Assembly (NCBI RefSeq): GCF_036323395.1
Contig: NZ_AP028907.1
Span: 780,001 to 812,000 of the forward strand
Direction: 5' to 3'
DNA length: 32,000 nt
Source of the DNA: Pyrodictium abyssi
GTDB taxonomy: Archaea > Thermoproteota > Thermoprotei_A > Sulfolobales > Pyrodictiaceae
Shown here piece after piece: positions 1-10,594 of the stretch. The translations under genes and the position numbers were made by a program. The notes under the pieces are model-generated. The model was not told the DNA's origin and made no database searches. It worked only from the letters and a program-made list of their open reading frames with translations. Position 1 is the stretch's first letter. The number at the start of each line of letters is the position of its first letter.

Positions 1-449
1 GCTCCAACAGGGCAGCCGCCACCACCTAGCGCTGTTGCCCAGAACTGACAGCCCGCCGCATAGGCCGCTGCCTCGAGGAACGCGAACACTAGAGCCAAGG
101 TACGCTGGGCGCCCATAAACACCTTACGATCACGGGGCCTAGTTAGATCCATCTCTATCAAGCCACCGCCCACAAGCACCTCAAGCACTATACCAGCTGT
201 CACTATAGGGCCTATACCGAGCGTCATAAGCGAGCCGAGATTCATACCCAGTATCAGCGAGGCGAGAGCCTGTGACTGTTGCTGCTGGTACCCTAGCACG
301 CCATATAGGGGTATTTCGCTCATAATTAGGTATAGTAGCACCACTATACCGGTCCATGCTAGCCTCGTTGGGAGAGGCGGGCGCCGGGCAGGTCTTTCCA
401 CCGCCGGGATATACCGCGAAACCGAGGCGAGAGCCTCCAGTACACCCAT
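1..449 (-). CDS. secY: Preprotein translocase subunit SecY, N-terminal part, truncated by the window edge (absent from the ORF track)
   Basis: Manual reverse-strand translation gives MGVLEALASVSRYIPAVERPARRPPLPTRLAWTGIVVLLYLIMSEIPLYGVLGYQQQQSQALASLILGMNLGSLMTLGIGPIVTAGIVLEVLVG..., with the archaeal/eukaryal SecY/Sec61 IPLYG motif; secY follows rpl15 in the archaeal spc cluster. Confidence 0.95.
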   Translation of the reverse strand, partial: MGVLEALASVSRYIPAVERPARRPPLPTRLAWTGIVVLLYLIMSEIPLYGVLGYQQQQSQALASLILGMNLGSLMTLGIGPIVTAGIVLEVLVGGGLIEMDLTRPRDRKVFMGAQRTLALVFAFLEAAAYAAGCQFWATALGGGGCPVG

Positions 450-776
450 TGCTGGCGTCGCCCCCAGGCCCAAAGCCAGCTCTCGCCCAGCTTTAAAGAG
501 CCACCGGCCAGCTCTGTAGCCGGCTAGCCGTCATCGCCGACCTACCGATCTCTAAAGGTGTATGACCAGCAACCATCATAGACTATATAGTCACTTCAGG
601 ATAGCTGCTGGAGCCACGGGGAGACAGCAGAAACAATGACCCGTAGAGGATCAGTAACAACCCCCTACACGAGGTTAGGACGGAAAAGACCGGAACAGCC
701 CCGTAGTCAGAACATTAAAGCTGTACGAGCTAGGGCTACACTGACGGTTATGAGCCGGGGTTCAAAATACTGTGAC

Positions 777-1235
777 TCAGTCTTCTTCGCTACTGAGTAC
801 TACTACTTCGCCGCCGGCCTCCTTTATCTTGCGTATAGCGGATTCGCTGGCAGCCGGTACTATCACCTTCACTGGCTTCGATATGCGGCCGCGGCCTAGC
901 AGCTTGTTGTAGCCCAGGCTAGCCAGGTTTACCACTATCTTACCGCCTTCTTCGCTAGCCTTGCCCTCGCGCACCCACGTGTCCAGCTTCTCTGCTAGTT
1001 CACCCACGTTTATCTCGTTCACCTTTACCTCGTAGGTTAGCGGTCTGTTGAAGCCATGTTTGCCGAACCAGGTGGGAGCGTACTTTACTACCCATGTCCA
1101 CATGTGTTTGTGCATGCCAGCTGCGCCGAAGCCTCCGCGGCTACCGCTGCCACGGTGCTGGCCTATACGGCCCCAGCCCATTGTCCTAGTGCGGCCGCGT
1201 AGACGCCTACTCTTTTTCCTGCGACGGACGACCAC
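777..1235 (-). CDS. rpl15: 50S ribosomal protein L15 (uL15)
   Basis: ORF 152 aa; glycine-rich N-terminus MVVRRRKKSRRLRGRTRTMGWGRIGQHRGSGSRGGFG typical of uL15; syntenic position. Confidence 0.95.
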   Translation of the reverse strand: MVVRRRKKSRRLRGRTRTMGWGRIGQHRGSGSRGGFGAAGMHKHMWTWVVKYAPTWFGKHGFNRPLTYEVKVNEINVGELAEKLDTWVREGKASEEGGKIVVNLASLGYNKLLGRGRISKPVKVIVPAASESAIRKIKEAGGEVVVLSSEED

Positions 1236-1284
1236 TACTCAACACCCGGAGGCTATCCCGCTTCCTAGCCCGGGGATGCAGGTG

Positions 1285-1869
1285 TTAGAGCATTCTCTTT
1301 ATAAGCTCGTTTATGCCAGCACCCCGGTAGCCTAGCTCGCCGCCAGCACCGTATGGCTTCTTTATGCTGCCCTTGAAGCCCCCGCGCGGCGGGTGTAGCC
1401 TAAACACCGGCTTTATTATCCATATCTTGTTCTTCTTGTCGTAGAGCTTGTGCAGCATTATCTCTCCCTTTAGCAGCTTGTCGGCCAGCTCCTCTATGCC
1501 GCCCTGCAGTCCTAGCTTCTCGCGGACATACTCGTCTGTCAGTGGCTTGTTGCCGGCGACACGGCCACGGCGGCGTAGGAGCTCTATCAGTGTCCCGCGG
1601 TCTATCTCGCCCCAGGTTACCCAGTCCTTGACCTTGTGTATCATCCTGTCTATGCCGGGGAGCGTTGAGGGGTACAGTACTAGGTGGAATTTGCGGTGCA
1701 GCCTTAGCAGCGACAGTGTGTACTCTACGTCGGGGTGTACATCTACCCTGCCACGTATCCTGATGATCGCGTAGAGCTTTACCTGGCCCACCGGAGCTGC
1801 CTTCTGCTCCGCCGTCGCGACTGCCATTTCTTCATCCACCTCTACGCGTGAAGATAACTGAGGGATCAC
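1285..1869 (-). CDS. rpl30: 50S ribosomal protein L30 (uL30); true start may be the internal Met of MAVATAEQ
   Basis: ORF 194 aa; [35 protein letters not shown]... is uL30; syntenic position. Confidence 0.93.
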   Translation of the reverse strand: MIPQLSSRVEVDEEMAVATAEQKAAPVGQVKLYAIIRIRGRVDVHPDVEYTLSLLRLHRKFHLVLYPSTLPGIDRMIHKVKDWVTWGEIDRGTLIELLRRRGRVAGNKPLTDEYVREKLGLQGGIEELADKLLKGEIMLHKLYDKKNKIWIIKPVFRLHPPRGGFKGSIKKPYGAGGELGYRGAGINELIKRML

Positions 1870-1943
1870 CGCCTACCAGGCTTATCCGGGGAGGGGTCGC
1901 CGGGATGGATGCATAGATGGGGTTAAACACAAGTGTACGTAGG

Positions 1944-2597
1944 TTAGCCCTGGGCGGCCTGCACCCAGTCGATGGGTGTCACGAACTTGTAGGTCTGCTT
2001 TAGCGCGTTATAGGTAGCCTTCACGAAGTTCAGCGTCGTCCTGGTGTCGCCACGTGTGAAGCTCCATACGTCCTGTATACCAGCCATCCGTAGCACTACC
2101 TTGGCCGCGTCGCCCGCTACTAGCCCTGTCCCACGAGGTGCTGGCTTGAGGACTACCTCTACGCTACCGCTCTTGCCGCGTACAGTGAATGGTACACTGT
2201 GCGGCTGGTCACATAGACACTCCCAGCTGCCGCAGCCACGGCGTACCGGTATGACGTTGAGCTTTGCATTGCGGATAGCCTTCTCTATCGCAGGACGGAG
2301 CTGCCGTGCCTTACCCTGGCCTACGCCCACAAAGCCGTTCTCGTTGCCTATCACCACTACTACGCGGAACTTGTTTACGCGGCCGGCGTCGGTCATCTTT
2401 TGCACTAGCCTTACGTCTACAGTCTCGCTCTTAAGCTCCGGGCCTATCAGGTAGTCTACTATCTCCGGCTCTAGTATCGGCAAATTACGCTCGAATATCT
2501 CGCTGAGGCTGCGTATGCGGCCCTCCTTTACCAGCCTCCCTACGAACGTACGTGGCTTCCACTCCTGCTCAAGCTCGTAGGGCGAGAGGCTCATCAC
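1944..2597 (-). CDS. rps5: 30S ribosomal protein S5 (uS5)
   Basis: ORF 217 aa; [52 protein letters not shown]; 4-bp overlap with L18. Confidence 0.96.
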   Translation of the reverse strand: MMSLSPYELEQEWKPRTFVGRLVKEGRIRSLSEIFERNLPILEPEIVDYLIGPELKSETVDVRLVQKMTDAGRVNKFRVVVVIGNENGFVGVGQGKARQLRPAIEKAIRNAKLNVIPVRRGCGSWECLCDQPHSVPFTVRGKSGSVEVVLKPAPRGTGLVAGDAAKVVLRMAGIQDVWSFTRGDTRTTLNFVKATYNALKQTYKFVTPIDWVQAAQG

Positions 2598-3229
2598 GCA
2601 ACAGCCTCCTTAGCAGCCTTTACCTTCTCAACAACATCACGGTAGTCTTCTAGTATTTTACTCTTAACCTCCTCAAAATGCTTAGGCAGATCCTCGGGAC
2701 GCAGGCCCCTCTTCAGGTACAGGCTGAATCTGCGCTCGTAGAGCTCCGGGTTCTCCTGGGCAAGCATAGCAGCGTACTTGGCTATGTGCTCGCCACGTAT
2801 TCTGTACTCCTCTGGGAGTATCTCTTCGCTATGAGGCACCTCGAGACCAGCGTCCACCGCTCCCTTTAGGGCCGCGAACACGCGGGAGCCACGTACCGGC
2901 CGGTGCAGCCCTATGTCGAGTACCGCGTAGCCTATACCAGCCTTGAGCGCACGCAGAGCAGCGAGCATACCAGTTAGGTAGGCAGCCGACGTATTCTTTG
3001 TGCCGCCTAGCCAGCCATAGCGCTTCACAAGCTCCCTGCTATGCGCTGCAGCAATAGTCACGTCTCCCTGCGGCTTAGCTATTATGACTTGCACCCAGAT
3101 GTACTTGTTTGTCCTCCTGACTACAAGTCTAGGCTTACCAGAGAGCACCATGACGTAGCGCTTATAGTAGTTGGTCTTGCCCTCTCTACGCCGCCTTCTC
3201 GGCACCTTATATCTTGGTCCATGGGCCAT
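2594..3229 (-). CDS. rpl18: 50S ribosomal protein L18 (uL18)
   Basis: ORF 211 aa; [49 protein letters not shown]; syntenic position. Confidence 0.96.
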   Translation of the reverse strand: MAHGPRYKVPRRRRREGKTNYYKRYVMVLSGKPRLVVRRTNKYIWVQVIIAKPQGDVTIAAAHSRELVKRYGWLGGTKNTSAAYLTGMLAALRALKAGIGYAVLDIGLHRPVRGSRVFAALKGAVDAGLEVPHSEEILPEEYRIRGEHIAKYAAMLAQENPELYERRFSLYLKRGLRPEDLPKHFEEVKSKILEDYRDVVEKVKAAKEAVA

Positions 3230-3492
3230 GTTGGTCCACCAGCCCTAGCCGCGTACCCGGTGCGGAGAAGCCCAGCACCACGCTCCCTTAATAAATACAA
3301 ATTGTAGAGGCACCGAGGATAACCCAGCAAGCACCCCTCTATACCAGAGAGCCTTTGCCCCGTATGCCGGTGGCACAGAGAGCCGAGAAGAAAGCTACCC
3401 TGCCAGCCGCGGGACCAGGGAGAGGAGGATGCACGCTCTGGGCGGGTAGTCTGGCCGCATAAACAAGCCTAGGCGGAGGATAACTGCTAAAG

Positions 3493-3957
3493 CTACTTTC
3501 TGACGCTAGTTGGGTAGCCGTGCTCCTCCAGCCAGCGCCTAAGTGAGGCAAACGTCGGAAACATGCCGCCCTTCGCCCACATGTATAGCTTTCGGTAGGT
3601 CCTACGGTCTATCACACCGTGGTCGCGCAGGTAACGGAGATACCTCCTCATCTTGCGTATCCTGTGCATCCACTCCTCCTTGGGGTCACGCCTAGCACTT
3701 GCATCGCCCTTACGCCTGCCATAGCCGCGGTGCCTGCCCTTCTTACGGGCCTCGTGGCGCTCACGCCAACGGCCACGAGATGGGCTGTGCTTCGGCTTGA
3801 CCCTTATCACACCCTCCTTGATGAGGCGGCGTATCTCCTCCCTCGTTATAGCACTAGCCACGTCATCTAGCCGAGTAGGGTCTATCCATATCCTCGACTC
3901 GCCTACACCCAGTATCTCTGCCGCAAGCCTACGCTGCATGGATAGGTCCTGCGCCAC
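3493..3957 (-). CDS. rpl19e: 50S ribosomal protein L19e (eL19)
   Basis: ORF 154 aa; [51 protein letters not shown]; syntenic position. Confidence 0.96.
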   Translation of the reverse strand: MAQDLSMQRRLAAEILGVGESRIWIDPTRLDDVASAITREEIRRLIKEGVIRVKPKHSPSRGRWRERHEARKKGRHRGYGRRKGDASARRDPKEEWMHRIRKMRRYLRYLRDHGVIDRRTYRKLYMWAKGGMFPTFASLRRWLEEHGYPTSVRK

Positions 3958-4035
3958 TTCTAGGCCACCTCACAGGCCTCTTCCTCGCCCCTAGGAGGCC
4001 AGGACAAACGTCCGCGGGTATAAGAAACGAAATGC

Positions 4036-4422
4036 CTACGCGTTGGCCACCTTGAAGCCCTTTGCACGCGCCTTCTCTAGTATCTGCTGCCGCTTCCTAA
4101 GCCCCACACCAGCCGCAATGTACACTATGTGCCTCGCCGGGTCTAGCTTGTCTAGCTCAGCAGGACTGCAGACACGCACTGGCTCAAGTCCTGTCGGGTG
4201 CAGCCCCCGTACGGCAGCCGGAGCCCTGTACCCGACATCCACTACTGCTGGCCTACCCTTTAGCCTCAGCCTCATTGGGTTGTCTATACCCTTAGGCTTA
4301 CGCCACTTGGGGTCGTTCTTGAACTTAGGGAACTTCCACCACAGCGTGCGCAGGAACTCAGGCTTCTTCGACTTTAGCTTCCGCCTAACCTGGAGGAGCC
4401 TCTCTATATCCCGGCGCTCCAT
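4036..4422 (-). CDS. rpl32e: 50S ribosomal protein L32e (eL32)
   Basis: ORF 128 aa; PEFLRTLWWKFPKFKNDPKWRKPKGIDNPMRLRLKGRPAVVDVGYRAPAAVRGLHPTG. Confidence 0.95.
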   Translation of the reverse strand: MERRDIERLLQVRRKLKSKKPEFLRTLWWKFPKFKNDPKWRKPKGIDNPMRLRLKGRPAVVDVGYRAPAAVRGLHPTGLEPVRVCSPAELDKLDPARHIVYIAAGVGLRKRQQILEKARAKGFKVANA

Positions 4423-4982
4423 TATTCAGCCACCCCCTTCTCGTATATGTAGACGCCGTCTACGAAAACACGCCTATCCTTACCCTTTACCTTTGTAGCA
4501 AGCTCTATGTTGGCAGCCGTCTGGCCTACAGCCTCTATGTCGATGCCCTCGACTATCACATCATCCTTCTGAACCTTTACAGTAACACCCGGCATTATTC
4601 TCGCTATACGCGGTGCCTTCTCGCCGAGGAAGTTCTCTATAACCACCTTGTCGCCCTGCACCTTAACCGTTACAGGGAAGTGAGAGAACACTATCTTCAG
4701 CTTATACCGGTAGCCCTTAGTGACGCCCGTTATCATGTTATCAATATGAGATGCAATAGTGCCTACGAGGGCCTTGAGCCTCCTATTCGCGAAGTACGCC
4801 TCTACTACTACCTTCTTACCCTCCTCGTCCTCATCAACCCTTATGATTATGCCGCGAGCGTGCGAGAAGTCGCGTGTCAGCTCACCCTTAGGCCCGCGAA
4901 CAGTTACCTTCATACCGTCTATGCTTACCTCTACGCCCTCCGGTATAGGCACCTCCTCTGCCACATGTACAAGCTTAGCCAT
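4422..4982 (-). CDS. rpl6: 50S ribosomal protein L6 (uL6); track ORF extends to 5030 but the start is more likely MAKLVHV at 4982
   Basis: [34 protein letters not shown]...; stop overlaps the L32e start by 1 nt. Confidence 0.93.
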   Translation of the reverse strand: MAKLVHVAEEVPIPEGVEVSIDGMKVTVRGPKGELTRDFSHARGIIIRVDEDEEGKKVVVEAYFANRRLKALVGTIASHIDNMITGVTKGYRYKLKIVFSHFPVTVKVQGDKVVIENFLGEKAPRIARIMPGVTVKVQKDDVIVEGIDIEAVGQTAANIELATKVKGKDRRVFVDGVYIYEKGVAE

Positions 4983-5122
4983 CCTACCGCACACCTCTTC
5001 TCTACCGCACAGATGCAGCGACGGGCACACGTTGTATCGCTGCTACCCCCTACGCGCGGAGGCTATCACAAACCCAGGAGCTGGCAGCAAAACCAGGCAG
5101 CGTAAAATTAGGTGTTGCCTGG

Positions 5123-5524
5123 CTAGTAGACATAGGCTAGCAGCACGCCACCTATCTTACGCTCTAGTGCCTCACGATGCGACATTACTCCCTGGCTCGT
5201 CGACAGTATCAGTATACCTATGTCTCGGCTTGGCAGGTACTTGCGGAGCCAGTCTGGCATCCTTATCAGATCACTGTACTTGACCGAATACCTCGGCTTG
5301 ATTACGCCCGCCTTGTTTATGCGGCCCAGAAGCCTTACGCGTATCTTACCCCAGCGACCGTCATCTATGTACTCGAATTCACCTATGTAGCCCTCACGCT
5401 GCATCACACGGAGTACATTGGCTATTAGCTTCGATGCCGGCATTATGACTACTTCAGGCTTAGCGCGCATCTCTGCATTCACTATAGCCGCCATAGCATT
5501 CGCAAGTGTATCAAGCATGACCAT
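5123..5524 (-). CDS. rps8: 30S ribosomal protein S8 (uS8)
   Basis: ORF 133 aa; [50 protein letters not shown]...[12 protein letters not shown]. Confidence 0.96.
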   Translation of the reverse strand: MVMLDTLANAMAAIVNAEMRAKPEVVIMPASKLIANVLRVMQREGYIGEFEYIDDGRWGKIRVRLLGRINKAGVIKPRYSVKYSDLIRMPDWLRKYLPSRDIGILILSTSQGVMSHREALERKIGGVLLAYVY

Positions 5525-5550
5525 GCATGCCCACCTCCACCCGCTCTTGG

Positions 5551-5715
5551 CTACGTGTACTTGCGGAAGCCTAGGCTAACTGCTAGCTCGCGGAAGCACT
5601 GGCGGCAGAGCATCAGCCCATACTTCTTTATCACAGCATCGTGGCTGCCACAGCGCTGACACTTGTAGGCGCCCCTACCGTACTTTACCACTCTAGGCGG
5701 CCTGTACTTCCCCAT
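5551..5715 (-). CDS. rps14: 30S ribosomal protein S14 (uS14), zinc-binding type, 54 aa (below the track length cutoff)
   Basis: Manual translation: [54 protein letters not shown], with C-x2-C...C-x2-C; sits between S8 and L5 as expected. Confidence 0.96.
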   Translation of the reverse strand: MGKYRPPRVVKYGRGAYKCQRCGSHDAVIKKYGLMLCRQCFRELAVSLGFRKYT

Positions 5716-5748
5716 AGCCGGGCACCCCCGGATCTAGGAGCCTGCACA

Positions 5749-6363
5749 CTACTTAGGCTCTATAACTACTCCGAACATTTCGTGTAGAAGCACCATGGAC
5801 TCTTCCTTGGTCACACGGTGACGCCTTGGTATTCTACTGCGGGCGCGTCTTCTCCTGGCAATTCTGTAGCCTGGCCTCTCTATGGTTACTACGACGTCCA
5901 TGCCAAACACACCAATCTCTGGGTCGTAGCGTACACCTGGTATCGTTATGTGCTCCTTTATACCGAAGGCTACGTTGCCGAATTCGTCGAACTGGCTAGC
6001 CTTTAGCTTGTTTCCGACAGCCTGGAACGCCTTACGTAGGAACTCTATCGCTTTCTCGCGGCGTAGGGTCACTACCGCCGCTATGGGCTCGCCCTTCCTA
6101 ATACCAAAGTCACGTATAGTCCTCTTGGCCCTGCGGACCGATGGTTTCTGGCCAGTTAGCATCTCTAGGACGCGTATGGCCTTCTGAAGCCTCTCACCCG
6201 ACTCGCCTACACCTATGTTCACAGTGACCTTGACTAGACGCGGCTTAAGCATTGGGTTCTGCTCCCAGCGCTTCTTGATGGCCTCTATCTCTTCCTGCGA
6301 TAGCGGCAGCGGGGATATCGGCTGCTGAGCCACCGGTGTGTAGCTAAAGTAGCTCATTTCCAT
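5749..6363 (-). CDS. rpl5: 50S ribosomal protein L5 (uL5)
   Basis: ORF 204 aa; [56 protein letters not shown]. Confidence 0.95.
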   Translation of the reverse strand: MEMSYFSYTPVAQQPISPLPLSQEEIEAIKKRWEQNPMLKPRLVKVTVNIGVGESGERLQKAIRVLEMLTGQKPSVRRAKRTIRDFGIRKGEPIAAVVTLRREKAIEFLRKAFQAVGNKLKASQFDEFGNVAFGIKEHITIPGVRYDPEIGVFGMDVVVTIERPGYRIARRRRARSRIPRRHRVTKEESMVLLHEMFGVVIEPK

Positions 6364-7124
6364 GCACCCTCCGGGAGGCTTATCCAGGGCTCCTCCTCAG
6401 GCGGAGCAATTACGAAGACGTAATCGAGGCTAGTCTGAAGCTTCTCCCCGCGCGCGTCCTCCAGCGTGACTATACTTCCCTTGCGGCCAACACCACGCTG
6501 TATAGACACTATCCTGCCCACACGGCCGACGTTGCGGCCGCCGAATACTATGGCGAGGCTGCCTACCTCGAGAGGCGCGTAGCCTAGCAGCTCCTGCTGC
6601 GGCACTGTGATCTTCACTGTGCCGAGGGTGCGGTAGTCCTTAGCCTCAACGGGGTTTGTCGGGTCGGAGACGCGTATGAGCACGTTACGGCCGTCGTGGA
6701 GATGTAGCTGTATGTGGCCTCCCTTCACGGTGGACTTGTCCTCTACGCGCCCTAGCTTGAAGCCTGCTTCCTCCTTGGATATCGGGTGTAGCGTGAAGAA
6801 GCGTACCGGGTACGGGAGCACCCTGTAGGCTTCGCCGGTGTCAACTATCTCTATCACGTCCATGAAGCCTACCGGGTACTTGTAGTTCCTCCTAACCCTG
6901 CCGTCGATCTTGAAGTGTCCCTCAGCAATCAGCTTACGGGCCTCCCGGCCGGTCTTGGCATAGCCTAGCACATCTCTTACTAGTATTAGCAGCGGTATAG
7001 ACCTCTCTATAGGGTGCGGGCCAGGCGACGGCTTTACAGTGAATACCCCAGCACGCTGACGCACTGGCCAGAACTTTGGAGCAGCTAGAGTTCTTAGGTG
7101 CCTACGTCCACCCATCCTAGCCAT
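6354..7124 (-). CDS. rps4e: 30S ribosomal protein S4e (eS4)
   Basis: ORF 256 aa; [66 protein letters not shown]. Confidence 0.96.
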   Translation of the reverse strand: MARMGGRRHLRTLAAPKFWPVRQRAGVFTVKPSPGPHPIERSIPLLILVRDVLGYAKTGREARKLIAEGHFKIDGRVRRNYKYPVGFMDVIEIVDTGEAYRVLPYPVRFFTLHPISKEEAGFKLGRVEDKSTVKGGHIQLHLHDGRNVLIRVSDPTNPVEAKDYRTLGTVKITVPQQELLGYAPLEVGSLAIVFGGRNVGRVGRIVSIQRGVGRKGSIVTLEDARGEKLQTSLDYVFVIAPPEEEPWISLPEGAWK

Positions 7125-7155
7125 ACCATGCCACCCCTAGCGCGACTCCCATTTG

Positions 7156-7596
7156 CTACTGGGCCTCAGGCTTCTGGCCCCCTATAGACCCCTCTCCTCC
7201 ACGAAGGAGCGCAAGCTGTATCTCGCGCTGTTTGCGCTTACGCTCTATTATCTCGCGGCGCCGCTTGTCCTCTAGGTTTAGTGACACTATCATTACCTTA
7301 GAGGGGTGTATCGGGTAGTAGCGTGGCTCTCCGCGAGCATTGTTTATCGTGGCACCCTCTACGTATATCCTCATGCGGCGCAGGTCAACACGCACCACTT
7401 TGCCCTTGTGGCCCCTAAAGTCGCCCCTCATCACGACGACTTCGTCACCTACGCGCACCGGCAGGCTCCGTATCCCGTACTGTTTGCGAAGCTCTGGGCT
7501 AAGGAGCGCCGCCATGAGCTTCTGTCTCTTGTGCAGCGGCGCGTTGAAGAGCGCTTTTCTCTGCTTCCGGGGCTGGCTTGACTTAACCCAGCGCAT
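7156..7596 (-). CDS. rpl24: 50S ribosomal protein L24 (uL24)
   Basis: ORF 146 aa; [63 protein letters not shown] (KOW motif). Confidence 0.95.
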   Translation of the reverse strand: MRWVKSSQPRKQRKALFNAPLHKRQKLMAALLSPELRKQYGIRSLPVRVGDEVVVMRGDFRGHKGKVVRVDLRRMRIYVEGATINNARGEPRYYPIHPSKVMIVSLNLEDKRRREIIERKRKQREIQLALLRGGEGSIGGQKPEAQ

Positions 7597-7669
7597 CCTA
7601 CTGCACCCATCCTGTCCACGAGTTCGTTACAGATGAGTTCAAAACGTTAAGCTGATAAACAGCCTAGGG

Positions 7670-8086
7670 CTATATTATTATGCTAGCTATGTTGGCTACT
7701 CTTGGCCAGCGCTCGGCAGCCTCGCGTGCAACCGGGCCACGTATCTCGCTGCCCTTTGGCGCTCCATCCTGGCTTACTATCACTACCGCGTTGTCCTCGA
7801 AAGCTATCCAGGTGCCGTCAGGCCTGCGATACGGCCTCCTCTGCCTTATCACTATAGCGCGTGTTACCTGCTTCCTCATCTCCGGGGTACCCTTCTTCAC
7901 CGTCACCACAACCATGTCGCCGACAGTCGCTGGCGGTATTCTGCGCAGGCGACCGTGGTACCCTATGACGCCTATTATCATAGCCTCCTTGGCGCCGCTG
8001 TTATCGGCTACACGCACATAGCTGCCTACTTGTAGACCCGCAGGTATGTGCCTCCTGGGGCCCGCACTAGCTCCGCCCTTCGGCAT
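7670..8086 (-). CDS. rpl14: 50S ribosomal protein L14 (uL14)
   Basis: ORF 138 aa; [61 protein letters not shown]. Confidence 0.96.
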   Translation of the reverse strand: MPKGGASAGPRRHIPAGLQVGSYVRVADNSGAKEAMIIGVIGYHGRLRRIPPATVGDMVVVTVKKGTPEMRKQVTRAIVIRQRRPYRRPDGTWIAFEDNAVVIVSQDGAPKGSEIRGPVAREAAERWPRVANIASIII

Positions 8087-8168
8087 AGCAGCTCTACACC
8101 CCGAGCGCTCGGAGAAACACGCTTAGAGTTATTTAAGCGGTAGCAAGAGGCTTCCTTGACGCGTCTTA

Positions 8169-8519
8169 TTAGCTCATTGGCTTCTTGCCTACTATCCCTA
8201 GTACTACGAAGTGTACCGTCTTCGCTAGCGGCCTGGTCTCGCCTATCACTACAACGTCTCCGGGCTGCGCGTTTATACACGGCGGGTTGTGTGCGTGTAT
8301 CCTGCTCCTCCTCTTCTCGTACCTCTTGTACTTTCTATCGTAGTACACGTACTCGCGCTCGACTACCACTGTGTTCTTCATCTTAGCCTTTATCACGGTC
8401 CCGGTTAGCACGAGGCCGCGGACCCTCACACTACCGTGCCATGGACACTTCGGGTCATTGCATGTCTTCTCGGGTGGGTTGACGCCAGGTATACCTACGT
8501 TTCTTACCCGCACGGACAA
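8169..8519 (-). CDS. rps17: 30S ribosomal protein S17 (uS17), apparent TTG start
   Basis: ORF 116 aa; RNVGIPGVNPPEKTCNDPKCPWHGSVRVRGLVLTGTVIKAKMKNTVVVEREYVYYDRKYKRYEKR. Confidence 0.94.
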   Translation of the reverse strand: MSVRVRNVGIPGVNPPEKTCNDPKCPWHGSVRVRGLVLTGTVIKAKMKNTVVVEREYVYYDRKYKRYEKRRSRIHAHNPPCINAQPGDVVVIGETRPLAKTVHFVVLGIVGKKPMS

Positions 8520-8814
8520 GCCATCCGACCCCCTTGTACCTCTCTAGCCGCCTAAGACGCTCGGGCTGCACTCCCGGTATTTCTTCTCCTCGTACAACAA
8601 CCCACGTGCCGTCGGGCAACTGGACTAGAAATATAGCGTTTGCTTTAGAGGCCCAGACTGTGCCACCAAGGCTTCTCCGGACTAGGAGTCCCCGGCGTGT
8701 CTCAAGCAGAACAGTGCCCTCGAGGCCACGGAGCACAGGATCTGGGTGGAGGAGTACACGTACCCGGAGACCTACAAGTGTGTGGAAAACTATGTTCCAC
8801 TCTGTATGCTTCAA
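8455..8814 (-). CDS. rnp1: Ribonuclease P protein component 1 (Pop4/Rpp29 family)
   Basis: ORF 119 aa; VFHTLVGLRVRVLLHPDPVLRGLEGTVLLETRRGLLVRR...; conserved position between L29 and S17. Confidence 0.85.
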   Translation of the reverse strand: MKHTEWNIVFHTLVGLRVRVLLHPDPVLRGLEGTVLLETRRGLLVRRSLGGTVWASKANAIFLVQLPDGTWVVVRGEEIPGVQPERLRRLERYKGVGWLVRAGKKRRYTWRQPTREDMQ

Positions 8815-9041
8815 GCCTTGCTGCCCGTCTTGCGCTGCTTTAGCTCCTCTTCACGCATAACGGTTAGTATCCTGGCTATGGTCTTCCTTATGGCACGTAT
8901 GGCGCCCGGGTTCTCCAGAGTACCTACTACTGCCTTTAGGCGCAGCTTTACCAGCTCCTCTTGGAGCTCTTCAAGCTTCTTGAGCCTCTCCTCGGGGCTC
9001 ATCTTGCGTATGTCCTCTGTCTTTATCATGTACTTGGCCAC
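8811..9041 (-). CDS. rpl29: 50S ribosomal protein L29 (uL29)
   Basis: ORF 76 aa; IRKMSPEERLKKLEELQEELVKLRLKAVVGTLENPGAIRAIRKTIARILTVMREE. Confidence 0.93.
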   Translation of the reverse strand: MAKYMIKTEDIRKMSPEERLKKLEELQEELVKLRLKAVVGTLENPGAIRAIRKTIARILTVMREEELKQRKTGSKA

Positions 9042-9088
9042 GGTGCTTCACCCCTTCACCTTGTCGTGGTTCGGGAAGTGTACTGGAG

Positions 9089-9799
9089 TTATGCTCCCCG
9101 TTCCTTGGCCTCTTCAGGGCTAGCTTCCTTTAGCTTCTCTGCCTCAGCCGCGCGCTGCCTCTCTAGCTCCTCGCGTATCTCCTCAATGAACTCCTTTGCC
9201 TCCTCGGGCTGCTTGACGCGGACATAGTCGCTGGGCTTTGCAGGCTTAACTATTGTCACCTCTATGCCGAAGACACCGGGTTTCAGTGTTATGTGCATTA
9301 CAGCCTTATCGACCATGTACTCTACCTGGTTGCCGGTAGAGTAGACCTTGCCTACGCGCACCTTCTCGTAACGAGCCCTCTCTGTACGCAGCTTACCGCT
9401 GATAATTATCTGCGCGCCTATGGCCCCCGCGTTCATTATGCGGCGAGCCATGACGTTAGCTACACGGCGGTAGTAGGCGCCCCTCTCGAGGAACACCGCT
9501 ATCCTGGACGCCACGACACGTGCATTTAGATCGGGGTTCTCTACACGGCGCACTGTTATCTGCGGGTTCTGTAGGCCGAACTGCTGCTCGAATATAGCGG
9601 CTAGCTGGCGTATGGTTTCGCCTCTCCGGCCGATGATCATTGCCGGGCGCTCAGCGTCTATGAAGACCTTCGTGCCGAGTGGGAACTGGATTATCTGTAC
9701 ACCAGCGTAGCCTGCGCGGTAGAACCGCTTTGCTAGGTACTCGTCTATCTTAGTCTGTGCTATCGCCTTCTTGATGAAGTGCCTCTTTATGAGCACCAT
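9089..9799 (-). CDS. rps3: 30S ribosomal protein S3 (uS3)
   Basis: ORF 236 aa; KHFIKKAIAQTKIDEYLAKRFYRAGYAGVQIIQFPLGTKVFIDAERPAMIIGRRGETIRQLAAIFE (KH domain). Confidence 0.96.
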   Translation of the reverse strand: MVLIKRHFIKKAIAQTKIDEYLAKRFYRAGYAGVQIIQFPLGTKVFIDAERPAMIIGRRGETIRQLAAIFEQQFGLQNPQITVRRVENPDLNARVVASRIAVFLERGAYYRRVANVMARRIMNAGAIGAQIIISGKLRTERARYEKVRVGKVYSTGNQVEYMVDKAVMHITLKPGVFGIEVTIVKPAKPSDYVRVKQPEEAKEFIEEIREELERQRAAEAEKLKEASPEEAKERGA

Positions 9800-9801
9800 G
9801 G

Positions 9802-10272
9802 TTACTCTTCCTCCGCGACTACTATCTCGATGTGGCTATACTTCTTGAACCTGGGGGTTGAGCGGCCGAAGGCGCGTGGCATCCACCTCTTGAGAATGCG
9901 GCCCTTGTGTACAGCTATATGTACGATGCGTAGCTTCTCCGCGTCGAGGCCCTTAACCTCGGCATTGTTGGCTGCGTTCTCGAGCAGCTTGAGCAGTATG
10001 CGAGCCGCTTTGACCGGGTAGCGTCCTATCGGCCACTTGTACTTGGCGGCGAGCCCGCGGTGGTGGGCCTGCTTCCTCGCGTACCTGCGGACCGGTATCG
10101 GCTCCTCGCCCGCTGCTACACGCTCTAGGAGCTTACGTGCCTCGTCCAGCTTCATACCGCGTATGACACGGGCTAGCTCGACTATCTTCTTGTAGGATAT
10201 CGGCGCATCCCACATCATTGCCTTAGCTGAGCGCTCCTCGTCAACCCGTACCGAGTAATGCCATGTTGGCAA
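9802..10272 (-). CDS. rpl22: 50S ribosomal protein L22 (uL22), apparent TTG start
   Basis: ORF 156 aa; KAMMWDAPISYKKIVELARVIRGMKLDEARKLLERV...YPVKAARILLKLLENAANNAEVKGLD. Confidence 0.95.
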   Translation of the reverse strand: MPTWHYSVRVDEERSAKAMMWDAPISYKKIVELARVIRGMKLDEARKLLERVAAGEEPIPVRRYARKQAHHRGLAAKYKWPIGRYPVKAARILLKLLENAANNAEVKGLDAEKLRIVHIAVHKGRILKRWMPRAFGRSTPRFKKYSHIEIVVAEEE

Positions 10273-10330
10273 CCCGAGGCCCCACCTCTCTTACTACAGC
10301 ATCCCCGGGAGCCGCTCACACCTCTGCACG

Positions 10331-10340
10331 CCTAAATAAG
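10331..10340 (-). promoter_or_regulatory. Candidate archaeal TATA box (CTTATTTAGG) upstream of L22
   Basis: AT-rich element in a GC-rich spacer, about 60 nt upstream of the L22 start; would give the downstream ribosomal block its own promoter. Confidence 0.35.
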
Positions 10341-10518
10341 TGAATAGAGTGCGGCTGGCTATAATCTAGGCGATACTCCTAGAGGGGATGAGCGGGCTGA
10401 CCTGCACAGAGCAGCCGCGGTGAAGAATGCCTCTAACAGGCGACCCTCCTCTACACCGACGAGAATTGCCGTGGCCGTGCGTGGCCGGGATTGTGGACAT
10501 GAGTGTAAGGGGGGCCGT

Positions 10519-10594
10519 GACGCCTAGGGGTGGAGCCTCCGCGCGCTCACGGGGCCCCGGGGACACGGGGCACTCGCGCGGGCCTGCTCCCGTC
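10519..10594. other. GC-rich multi-helix inverted-repeat structure in the L23-L22 spacer
   Basis: Nested pairs: GACG 10519-10522/CGTC 10591-10594; GGAGC 10532-10536/GCTCC 10586-10590; CCGCGCG 10539-10545/CGCGCGG 10575-10581; GCCCCG 10554-10559/CGGGGC 10566-10571 (hexaloop GGGACA). Confidence 0.55.

Noticed and set aside
4759-5283. Long plus-strand ORFs antisense to ribosomal genes (e.g. 4759-5283, 11077-11559, 4043-4498, 2044-2454, 8961-9227)
   Set aside because: Opposite clear ribosomal protein genes; low-complexity S/T/P/R composition typical of antisense frames of GC-biased codons.
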